Assembly (NCBI GenBank): GCA_964562525.1
Contig: CAZLTL010000012.1
Span: forward strand, 15,985-79,984
Length of the DNA stretch: 64,000 bases
Direction of reading: 5' to 3'
Origin: an uncultured bacterium
GTDB lineage: Bacteria > Omnitrophota > Omnitrophia > Omnitrophales > Aquincolibacteriaceae
The notes beneath the pieces were generated by a model. It was not told where the DNA came from. It made no database searches and saw nothing but the letters and a program-made list of their open reading frames with translations. The stretch's first letter is position 1, and each line of letters starts with the position of its first letter. The position numbers and the translations under genes are program-made. Below are positions 10,267 to 17,950 of this stretch, in pieces.

Positions 10267-10396
10267 GTGTTTTGACACCCATCTGAGACCTTCAAAATAG
10301 AGCTTTCTTCCATTCGTATTCTTTTTGAAAATACCAACATTGCTTTGGTGACATAAAATCAATGCTTTTACAGGTCAGGTTCGAAATAGTATTAAA

Positions 10397-11176
10397 TCAG
10401 CCAATTTGTATCGTAAGCATAGAAATAGAGCCGCCGTCAAATCCCTCAATGGGAAAGCTAACTGTTTCATCCTGATCTTGTGCGGCAATCACATAAAGTA
10501 AGGGCAAATAATGCTCAGGCGTGGGCGCTGCAAGCAATGATTCTTTCCCCAACTTTTCATAGTTAATTAGCGTTTCGTGATCATTTGATTGCAGGCACCG
10601 GCGAACTGTTCCCTCAAAGCTTAGCGCCCATTCAAAGGGCTCAACATTGTGATTTCCCCAAGCATAGGTATGCAGATTATGAACAACATTGCCGCTGCCC
10701 ATGATGAGCACTCCTTCGCTGCGAAGTGCCGCAAGCTTTTTTCCCAACTCATAGTGAAATTGAGGCGGTTTTGTTTCATCGATGCTGAGCTGGACAACCG
10801 GAATATCCGCTTCCGGAAAAACGCGACATAGTACCGACCATGTTCCATGGTCCAACCCCCAGCTTTCATCAAGTTTTACCGGAGAAGGTGAAAGTAAACT
10901 CTGGACCCGTCTTGCGAGATCTAAGCTTCCTGGCGCGGGATATTGAACTTGGTAAAGCGCTTCAGGAAATCCGCCGAAATCGTGAATCGTACGCGGATTA
11001 AGATTTGCCGTCACGGCAGTGAAAGGAAGATACCAGTGCGCAGAAACACAAAGAATTGCTTTGGGGCGGGGAATATTTTTTCCGATACGCGACCACTCCT
11101 CAGTATAGTTATTCTGCACAATGGCGTTCATTGGATTTCCGTGCCCAAAAAAAATGACCGGCATGCGTTTTTTCAT
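10397..11176 (-). CDS. class III extradiol dioxygenase (YgiD/DOPA 4,5-dioxygenase family)
   Basis: 259 aa. The N-terminus MPVIFFGHGNPMNA..AILCVSAHW.. and overall length match the LigB-type YgiD family. Confidence 0.7.
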   Translation of the reverse strand: MKKRMPVIFFGHGNPMNAIVQNNYTEEWSRIGKNIPRPKAILCVSAHWYLPFTAVTANLNPRTIHDFGGFPEALYQVQYPAPGSLDLARRVQSLLSPSPVKLDESWGLDHGTWSVLCRVFPEADIPVVQLSIDETKPPQFHYELGKKLAALRSEGVLIMGSGNVVHNLHTYAWGNHNVEPFEWALSFEGTVRRCLQSNDHETLINYEKLGKESLLAAPTPEHYLPLLYVIAAQDQDETVSFPIEGFDGGSISMLTIQIG

Positions 11177-11188
11177 GTTAGATCCGAT

Positions 11189-12691
11189 TTATTGCATTGG
11201 ATTACTTGTGTTTTTCTTTTCGTCTTTAGCGGCACTTAGAATTGCCTGAATCTTTTTTGAGTTTGCCTGATTCGTAAGCGTAAGCACAACGTCACCGCCT
11301 TCGAGCACGGTTCTGCCGTTTGCGACAATGAATTTTTCGCCTCTTCCGATCATCGTAATTAAGCAGTCAGGCGGAAGATTCAGCTGATAGATTGGTTTAC
11401 CCACAGCCGACGAATGGTACGGAACCATAAGTTCGACAAGATCAGCGTCCATCCCTTCCATCTGCTGAAATTCCAGCGGAGAATTTTTTTTAGACTGCAA
11501 GGGCGCGTCGACTTTTAAAATTTTTGCAATGAAAGGAATCGTGGTTCCCTGCAAAAGCACCGACGAAAGCACGATAAAAAATACCATGTTAAAAATCGGC
11601 TCCGACTGAGGGATTTTTTCGATCAGCACAAAGGTCGCTAGAATAATGGGCGCCGCGCCGCGCAGTCCCACCCAAGAAATCATCAGCTTCTCAGACAGTT
11701 TGAACTTGAATGGAATCAGGCATAAAAAAACACTCAAAGGCCGTGCGACAAACATGAGAAACAAGGAAACTAAAACACCCGGCACAATCACGGAGATTAA
11801 ATGGCTCGGAAACACAAGAAGGCCCAGCGTTAAAAACATTGCGATTTGCATGAGCCAGGCAAGCCCGTCATGAAACCGAAGAAGATTCTTTTTATTAAAA
11901 ATATTCTCGCGTGATAATAAAAGGCCGGCAATATAGACAGCTAAAAATCCGTTACCTTCAAAGAAGGCCGTCACTCCATAAGTGAACAAAACCAAAGAAA
12001 GAGAAAGAACGGGATAGAGGCCTTCGTTTTCCAGGTTTAATCGATTCATGGTGAGGGCGATCACGCGGCTCATTAGATATCCGAAGAAGATGCCTAAAAG
12101 CATTTGTTTTGCGAAGAAGAAACTGAGCGACGCAAGATCCAGATGGGCGCTTTCAATCACCGAGAGTGTGCCAATCGTCAAAAAAATAGCCATCGGGTCA
12201 TTGCTTCCCGATTCGAGCTCAAGAAGCGGTTTGAGCCTTTTCTTCAGGCTTATATTTCTCGAACGCAGAATTGAAAAAACAGCTGCCGCATCCGTCGAAG
12301 AAACGACCGCCCCCAGAAGAAATCCTTCGAGCGGAGAAAATTTGAGCGCGTAAACCGCAAATAAACCCAAGCAGACAGCCGTAATCAAAGTGCCGAGCAT
12401 CGACAGCGTAACAGCCGGCGCCATAACCGGGCGCACTGACTGCCACTCCGTATCAAAGCCGCCCGCAAAAAGGATGTAAACAAGCGCTAAGATTCCCAAA
12501 GACTTTGCCACCGAGGCATTATCGAAATAGATGCCCCCCAGCCCTTCCGAACCGGCAAGCATACCTACGCCCAGATAAAGCAAAAGCGCGGGTAAGCCGA
12601 ATCTTCCCAGCAGCTTATTGGAAATAATACTCAATAAAAAAAGTGCGGAGCCGGCAAAAAAAACAAAATCAATATTTACGTTTTCAAACAT
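11189..12691 (-). CDS. K+/H+ antiporter, CPA1 family (NhaP2/CvrA-like) with C-terminal TrkA-C domain
   Basis: 500 aa. The first roughly 390 aa form a polytopic Na+/H+-exchanger-family domain (..ELESGSNDPMAIFLT..). A soluble RCK_C-like tail follows. Confidence 0.8.
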   Translation of the reverse strand: MFENVNIDFVFFAGSALFLLSIISNKLLGRFGLPALLLYLGVGMLAGSEGLGGIYFDNASVAKSLGILALVYILFAGGFDTEWQSVRPVMAPAVTLSMLGTLITAVCLGLFAVYALKFSPLEGFLLGAVVSSTDAAAVFSILRSRNISLKKRLKPLLELESGSNDPMAIFLTIGTLSVIESAHLDLASLSFFFAKQMLLGIFFGYLMSRVIALTMNRLNLENEGLYPVLSLSLVLFTYGVTAFFEGNGFLAVYIAGLLLSRENIFNKKNLLRFHDGLAWLMQIAMFLTLGLLVFPSHLISVIVPGVLVSLFLMFVARPLSVFLCLIPFKFKLSEKLMISWVGLRGAAPIILATFVLIEKIPQSEPIFNMVFFIVLSSVLLQGTTIPFIAKILKVDAPLQSKKNSPLEFQQMEGMDADLVELMVPYHSSAVGKPIYQLNLPPDCLITMIGRGEKFIVANGRTVLEGGDVVLTLTNQANSKKIQAILSAAKDEKKNTSNPMQ

Positions 12692-12708
12692 AAATCACCT
12701 TACACCCT

Positions 12709-13626
12709 CTAGGCTGCCATTTTTTCCAAAAGCGGCCGCCCTTCGGAAGCCGCCGGACTTAACTCTCCGTGTTTCAATGCAAATACTGAACCGCGCACTT
12801 GCTCGAGTATTTTTTCCGCGGTATTACCTATAAGCATACTCGCAATTCCTGTTCTGGCCGCGTTTCCCATGACAATCACATCAATACCAAGCCGGGCAGC
12901 AACGATGGGAATCATCTGCTGTGCGTTTCCTTCATGAATGTGCATCCGGTATTTTGTGAAATCCTGAGCTTTTAAAAAAGCCTCTAATTCGAGACGCTTG
13001 CCGGCCTTCGCCTGCTTCACAAATTTTTTGTGATCCGATGAAGGAAGCAACGCGCGTACCGATCCCCAAACATCACATACGTGAAGAACATGCAATTCAC
13101 TTTTACCAAAACGGGCTAAAGCACCGGCTGATTCCATAATCCGCTGGTTCAGCACAACCTGAGTCGGATCAGATATGTTTAAATCGACCGCCGCGAGAAT
13201 TTTTTTTAAGTGTTTATGGTTTTTAAGCATCCACACAGGCGCGGGACACTCCCGCATTAATTTTACCACCGATGCTCTGGAGTGCCCCTCATTAAAAATG
13301 ATGACGAGGTCATGTTTGCAGCGGAGCACTTCCGCAATCATGCTGCCGGTTTCATTTCCCACAACCGTCTTAGCCTTCAGCAACACACCTTCTTTGGCAA
13401 AACATTCGAGCTGGCGGCGCAGCTCACTCCACGCCTCATGCACCAATCGAAACCGCAACGCCAATTCGGGAGGACCCCCTTGAGCGCCGGAGCCGTGCCA
13501 TGGAATCACGCGCAGCACAGTCACTTTTCCCTGACTGGCTTTTGCCAAACCGAGCGCGATTTTCACAGCCTTCATGCCTTCAGGCAAAGGGCTCCATAAC
13601 ACTAAAATATTTTTAAAATTTGTCAT
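12709..13626 (-). CDS. tandem-domain universal stress protein (UspE-like)
   Basis: 305 aa. Two Usp-like halves each end in the G-x-x-G-(9)-G-S/N ATP-binding-type motif (VMGNAARTGIASMLIGNTAEKIL). Confidence 0.7.
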   Translation of the reverse strand: MTNFKNILVLWSPLPEGMKAVKIALGLAKASQGKVTVLRVIPWHGSGAQGGPPELALRFRLVHEAWSELRRQLECFAKEGVLLKAKTVVGNETGSMIAEVLRCKHDLVIIFNEGHSRASVVKLMRECPAPVWMLKNHKHLKKILAAVDLNISDPTQVVLNQRIMESAGALARFGKSELHVLHVCDVWGSVRALLPSSDHKKFVKQAKAGKRLELEAFLKAQDFTKYRMHIHEGNAQQMIPIVAARLGIDVIVMGNAARTGIASMLIGNTAEKILEQVRGSVFALKHGELSPAASEGRPLLEKMAA

Positions 13627-13649
13627 AAATCACCTCTTGAAAAAGCCGC

Positions 13650-14066
13650 TTATAAATGAAAGGCGCCGTCCGCTTCGGGCTGATAAAGAACTTCTTCTAT
13701 TTGCAGTCGCCGAATGCCCGCAGGCACGGGCCACTCCACAACATCGCTCACACGATATCCGAGAAGCGCGGTTCCTATCGGTGCCAACACGGAAACGCGG
13801 CTTTTTTCAGGGTCAGCATTTCCGGGATAAACAATCCAATACGTAAATGTTTCTTTTGTTTCCAAATCCTTAAATTTGACGCGCGTATTCATGGTCACCA
13901 CGTCCGAAGGAACCATTTCAGGCTTCACGATTTCTGCTTTATTAAGCTCCGCGCGAAGCTGGCTAAGATAGGCGCTGTGATGCCCGTAAGAATTAACTCC
14001 CGATGCAATCAGCGCCTGAAGTTTTTCCATATCCTGAGTTGTTATATAAAGTTTTTTTGTGTCCAT
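13650..14066 (-). CDS. rnk: regulator of nucleoside diphosphate kinase Rnk (GreA/GreB C-terminal domain family)
   Basis: 138 aa, matching Rnk in size. Carries a GreA/B-like FKBP-type C-terminal region (..VYPGNADPEKSRVSVLAPIGTALLGYRVSDVVEW..). Confidence 0.7.
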   Translation of the reverse strand: MDTKKLYITTQDMEKLQALIASGVNSYGHHSAYLSQLRAELNKAEIVKPEMVPSDVVTMNTRVKFKDLETKETFTYWIVYPGNADPEKSRVSVLAPIGTALLGYRVSDVVEWPVPAGIRRLQIEEVLYQPEADGAFHL

Positions 14067-14086
14067 GGTGCACCTCTTGTTGTCTT

Positions 14087-14602
14087 TTAAGCTACCGCCG
14101 CCATAAACGCGCCGTGCTCTCCGTTTAAAAGTTCATTAAATATTTCCAGAATTCTTTCCGACTCTTCCGGAATCACATTTCGAATGACCCTTTTCAGCGG
14201 CCTAAAACTCCTGAGAAACTCATGATCAAACCGGGTCAAGTTTCGGCCGGACGCGGACAAAGTTTTAAGCATGGCCTCATAAGCAAGGGCGACAAAAAAA
14301 GCGTCGTCTAAATAGCCGAACAACTTGCCTTTTTCGTCCGGCAAAATGTCCATCGGATGATAAAAATAAGTCAGCGTAAAACTGACCAGCTTTTTTAAAT
14401 CCGGCGACACCTCCCTGCGATTGCAGTGCTTGTAGGATTCAGCCAGCAGTTTAGGCATCAGAAGAATAATGTTTCTGAGCCTTTGTTCCAGAATCAAAGT
14501 CGCCCTTTTGCCGATTCTTCTTCGCAGCTGCACGCGAAAGTCATCTTCCGCGCCCACTGCTACATGCTTTAAATGGTCTTCGATAATCATAAGCATATGC
14601 AC
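14087..14602 (-). CDS. DUF1232 (YkvA-like) domain protein
   Basis: 171 aa. Carries the DUF1232 signature ..YFYHPMDILPDEKGKLFGYLDDAFFVALAY... Confidence 0.5.
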   Translation of the reverse strand: MHMLMIIEDHLKHVAVGAEDDFRVQLRRRIGKRATLILEQRLRNIILLMPKLLAESYKHCNRREVSPDLKKLVSFTLTYFYHPMDILPDEKGKLFGYLDDAFFVALAYEAMLKTLSASGRNLTRFDHEFLRSFRPLKRVIRNVIPEESERILEIFNELLNGEHGAFMAAVA

Positions 14603-14686
14603 CTCCTGTTCCTCATGAGGTAATTATGGCCTCGCATCGACAGTAAATAAAATATATAATGATTACGAATACTATAAAGGAAAGTT

Positions 14687-15580
14687 ATGATACCTTTTAA
14701 TTTCCACCATCTTTATTACTTCTATGTGGTCGCGAATGAAGGCTCTTTTACCCGCGCCGCTAAAATCCTGCGTGTGTCGCAGCCCGCGCTCAGCGCGCAA
14801 CTTAAGCAGTTTCAAGCTTATTGGGATATGGAACTCTTTACCCGCGACAGTAAACAAGTACGCCTGACCGAGCACGGTAACTTAATTTTTAATTACGCGA
14901 AAGCAATTTTTGATTTGGGACATGAGCTGAATGACAGCTTGATAAGCCGTAATCTCAGAGGGAAATTGAAACTGCGGCTGGGTGTTTCCGTGGCCGTGCC
15001 ACGCGCCATCGTTCAAGCGCTTTTAAAATATATCTATATTGATTTTCCGGAAATTCATCTTGTTTTAAAGCAAGAGCCCATCGATAACATGATTGAGTCT
15101 TTGATGGCGCACAAACTTGATCTTGTAATGAATGATTTCGCATATGACACTGAAATCCAAGAGGGCCTGCAAAACCACCTCGTCGCCACTATCCCCATGG
15201 TTTTTTGCGCCGGAAAATCAATCGCACAAAAATATAAAAACATTCCGAAAGATTTGGACGGAGCTCCTCTGATTCTGCCCACCTCGCCCGACCGCACTTA
15301 TCACGCACTTCAAAACTTTATCCACATGAACAAGGTAAGGCCGGACATTATCGCGGAAGTTCAAGATCTGGAACAAGTACGCGTGCTCGTCGCTATGGGA
15401 AAAGGCGTCGGGCTTTTAAATTCATATGCCGTGGCACACTCGCCAGAACGCACCAAACTGGTTATTCTTAAAGATACCTCAAGGCAAAAAATCCACGATA
15501 CGATTTATCTTATTAAGCGTGAGCGTAAAATTTCACACCCTGTAATAGATCGCGTCATCGAAAGTTTCAAAATCATCTAG
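14687..15580 (+). CDS. LysR-family transcriptional regulator (NhaR-like subfamily)
   Basis: 297 aa. The N-terminal helix-turn-helix (..HLYYFYVVANEGSFTRAAKILRVSQPALSAQLKQFQ..) resembles the NhaR HLYYF motif. It is divergent from the antiporter/Usp/Rnk gene block. Confidence 0.8.
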   Translation: MIPFNFHHLYYFYVVANEGSFTRAAKILRVSQPALSAQLKQFQAYWDMELFTRDSKQVRLTEHGNLIFNYAKAIFDLGHELNDSLISRNLRGKLKLRLGVSVAVPRAIVQALLKYIYIDFPEIHLVLKQEPIDNMIESLMAHKLDLVMNDFAYDTEIQEGLQNHLVATIPMVFCAGKSIAQKYKNIPKDLDGAPLILPTSPDRTYHALQNFIHMNKVRPDIIAEVQDLEQVRVLVAMGKGVGLLNSYAVAHSPERTKLVILKDTSRQKIHDTIYLIKRERKISHPVIDRVIESFKII

Positions 15581-15627
15581 CAATTTCGACTTAAACGATC
15601 CGGCATGCACCTTCCTTCTTTGCGACA

Positions 15628-15726
15628 TCGTCTCGCTTCGCTCCCACTTGGGTTTAGGACAGAATGAAAAAAGCCCCGAGGATAAACCTCGAGGCTTCTT
15701 TTCATATGCTCCCCCGCGTGGGATCC
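15628..15726 (-). repeat. tandem partial duplicate of the tRNA-Asn 3' end plus its downstream flank and terminator (period about 187 bp)
   Basis: The unit cgtctcgcttcgNtNccacNttgg ... aaaaaagcc-hairpin-tttt ... atgctcccccgcgtgggatc occurs at 15628-15726 and again at 15815-15905. The second copy is fused to the intact tRNA. The first copy contains the terminator hairpin GCCTCGAGG..CCTCGGGGC followed by T6 on the minus strand. Confidence 0.65.
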
Positions 15727-15843
15727 CTTCCGCTTTTACGAAAAAAGCTCCAGGCCCCTCGGCGGCTTCCGACCATCTAAATTATTATTTTAGAATGGTT
15801 TCGTTCCTGCGGCGCCGTCTCGCTTCGATTCCACATTGGAAGA

Positions 15844-15877
15844 AAATAAAAAAGCCGCAGGTATAAATACCTACGGC
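15844..15877 (-). terminator. rho-independent terminator of the tRNA-Asn gene
   Basis: Minus strand reads GCCGTAGGTATTTATACCTGCGGC followed by TTTTTTTATTTT, immediately 3' of the tRNA. Confidence 0.7.
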
Positions 15878-15888
15878 CTTTTTTAATG

Positions 15889-16163
15889 CTCCCCCGCGTG
15901 GGATCGAACCACGGACACGGTGATTACTTTCTGACTTCAGTTGCCTGAAGAGTCGGACTTTATCTTTACCCATCTGTTTCTAGATTAGGGTAGTGGGTGT
16001 AGAGTCTCTGCACTTGCCCGTTCGTTTTCACGAACTGCTAGCTCAGGATTGCCCTATTACTAGGGTTTCCCTGAATTAGCCCACTTATTCACTCACACAT
16101 TACTGCGTGAGGCTGCTAATTAAAGTACACAGTCACCTGCTCTACCAGCTGAGCTACAGGGGA
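15889..16163 (-). tRNA. tRNA-Asn(GUU) interrupted in the anticodon loop by a 202-nt group I intron
   Basis: The 5' exon (16163..16129) reads UCCCCUG-UA-GCUC-AGCUGGUA-GAGC-A-GGUGA-CUGU. The 3' exon (15926..15889) reads UAA-UCACC-GUGUC-CGUGG-UUCGAUC-CCACG-CGGGGGA-G. Spliced, these give a canonical cloverleaf: 7-bp acceptor stem with U1-A72 and G73, 8-nt D-loop, 5-bp anticodon stem GGUGA/UCACC, loop CUGUUAA, 5-nt variable loop, and T-loop UUCGAUC. It is near-identical in layout to E. coli tRNA-Asn. Confidence 0.8.
15927..16128 (-). ncRNA. group I (self-splicing) intron, trnL(UAA)-intron-like core
   Basis: It is inserted after U35. The 5' exon ends in U and the intron ends in G (..CAGAAAG|UAA). 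P1 can pair exon CUGU with intron GCAG, and P10 can pair exon UAAU with intron AUUA just upstream. The core segment AUUCAGGGAAACCCUAGUAAUAGGGCAAUCCUGAGCUAGCAG closely matches the conserved region UUCAGAGAAACCCUGGAAUUAAAAAUGGGCAAUCCUGAGCCAA of cyanobacterial/chloroplast trnL introns. It contains no ORF. Confidence 0.7.
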
Positions 16164-16375
16164 ATAAAATTTTCTTCGAAATTTTATTCAAAGAATCTGT
16201 TTTATTTTGCTTTGTTTCAACAAGCGAAACAAAGCAGCTGATATTAATCCAAATTTTAAAGAACAATTCGCTTCTCAGGAAGCGTCATTATAAGAAACTC
16301 GCCTTATCGGTCAACAGCCTTTTCAACAACCTAAAACCTCTCAAAAATGCTTAGCCGCGAGGCGTGTCAAGCAAC

Positions 16376-16440
16376 CGCGGAGGCGTATGTGGCTAATACG
16401 CCGCACAAGGAACGCGCAGACACAACGAAGCGGATAACTT
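16376..16440 (-). repeat. conserved 3'-flank hairpin element of about 60 nt (copy 1), REP-like or terminator/sRNA-like
   Basis: The sequence ccgcggaGGCGTATgtggctaATACGCCgcacaaggaacgcgcagacacaacgaagcggataa starts 13 nt after the gltD stop. It is 80-85% identical to 40836..40897. Confidence 0.5.
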
Positions 16441-16452
16441 TTTTCAGAGGTT

Positions 16453-17949
16453 TTACACCGTGACGGTCTGGGCAAGCTTGTGCTTTACAGTCAAATACGA
16501 ATCAACGGCTGTTGCTGCGGCACGGCCTTCGTTAATCGCCCACACCACAAGACTTTGGCCGCGGCGCATATCACCCGCCGAGAAAACGCCGTCCACATTG
16601 GTCGCGAATTTGCCGTACTCAGCATTCACATTTGAACGCGCGTCCTGCGCAACGCCAAGTGGTTTTAAAACTGTGTCTTCAGGCCCGAGAAAACCCATCG
16701 CGATCAAAACAAGTTCGGCAGGCACAACTTTTTCAGAACCCGCGATTTCTTTAGGAATAAATTGGCCTTTGTCATTTTTGGCCCATTCAATATTCACAAG
16801 ATGCGCTTCTTTTAAATTACCACCCGCATCGCCGACAAGCTTTTTAACCGTCGTGAGATAAACGCGCGGATCAGCGCCAAATTTCGCAGCAGCTTCTTCC
16901 TGGCCGTAATCCATGCGATAAATTTTCGGCCATTCGGGCCAAGGATTGTTCGGCGCGCGTTCCGCCGGCGGCTTGGGCATAATTTCAATTTGAATCAAAC
17001 TCTTACAGCCATGACGAATCGAAGTTCCAACGCAATCGGTTCCTGTATCGCCGCCGCCGACAACGATTACATTTTTGCCTTTGGCAGAAATCAAATCAGC
17101 ATCGGAAATTGTTTTCAGAACATGCTTGGTGTTCTTGGTCAAAAATTCCATCGCATAATGCACACCCTTGAGCTGACGGCCCTCAACAGTAAGATCGCGC
17201 GGCTTGGTCGCGCCGCAAGTAAGCAATACCGCATGAAAATTTTTCTTCAAATCTTCCGCGGGATAATTTTTACCGACTTCGGTTTTCGTGACAAACTTCA
17301 CACCGGCTTCAGCCATGAGATCAACGCGACGCTGAACAATGCTCTTGTCGAGCTTCATGTTCGGAATACCGTACATCAAAAGTCCGCCGATACGATCTTC
17401 GCGTTCAAACACAGTCACTTCATGGCCAGCGCGATTCAGCTGCTCAGCAGCGGAAAGACCCGCGGGACCGGAGCCGACCACGGCAACTTTTAAACCGGTA
17501 CGCTTTTCGGGCTTCTCAGCAACAATCCAGCCTTCATCAAACGCTTTGTCGACAATGGAACATTCAATGTTTTTGATGGTGACCGGCGGTTCGATAATAC
17601 CGAGAACACAGGAACCTTCGCAAGGCGCCGGGCAAACACGGCCGGTAAATTCGGGAAAGTTGTTTGTTTTATGGAGGCGCTGGCTGGCTTCTTTCCAAAG
17701 CCCTTTGTAAACCAGGTCATTCCATTCAGGAATAATATTATTGATGGGACAACCTGACGCCATACCCGCAACTAAATTTCCGGTATGGCAAAAAGGAACG
17801 CCGCAATCCATGCAGCGCGCGCCCTGCTTCTGCAGATCCGCTTCGGGCATATGATCGTGAAATTCGTTGTAGTTCTTAATACGGTCGAGCGGAGCGGTGT
17901 CCGTCGGCAGCGTGCGCTTGAATTCTTTGAAGCCCGTGGGTTTGCCCAT
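16453..17949 (-). CDS. gltD: glutamate synthase (NADPH) small subunit
   Basis: 498 aa. Has the N-terminal Fe-S cysteine cluster ([12 protein letters not shown]) and the FAD/NAD(P) Rossmann motif [17 protein letters not shown]. Its start abuts the gltB stop (17951). Confidence 0.9.
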   Translation of the reverse strand: MGKPTGFKEFKRTLPTDTAPLDRIKNYNEFHDHMPEADLQKQGARCMDCGVPFCHTGNLVAGMASGCPINNIIPEWNDLVYKGLWKEASQRLHKTNNFPEFTGRVCPAPCEGSCVLGIIEPPVTIKNIECSIVDKAFDEGWIVAEKPEKRTGLKVAVVGSGPAGLSAAEQLNRAGHEVTVFEREDRIGGLLMYGIPNMKLDKSIVQRRVDLMAEAGVKFVTKTEVGKNYPAEDLKKNFHAVLLTCGATKPRDLTVEGRQLKGVHYAMEFLTKNTKHVLKTISDADLISAKGKNVIVVGGGDTGTDCVGTSIRHGCKSLIQIEIMPKPPAERAPNNPWPEWPKIYRMDYGQEEAAAKFGADPRVYLTTVKKLVGDAGGNLKEAHLVNIEWAKNDKGQFIPKEIAGSEKVVPAELVLIAMGFLGPEDTVLKPLGVAQDARSNVNAEYGKFATNVDGVFSAGDMRRGQSLVVWAINEGRAAATAVDSYLTVKHKLAQTVTV

Positions 17950-17950
17950 A

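Noticed and set aside
10181-15905. Intact integrative element (prophage/ICE) at the tRNA-Asn gene
   Set aside because: No integrase, excisionase, phage structural or conjugation gene lies between or beside the tRNA-end repeats. Only decayed att-like repeats remain.
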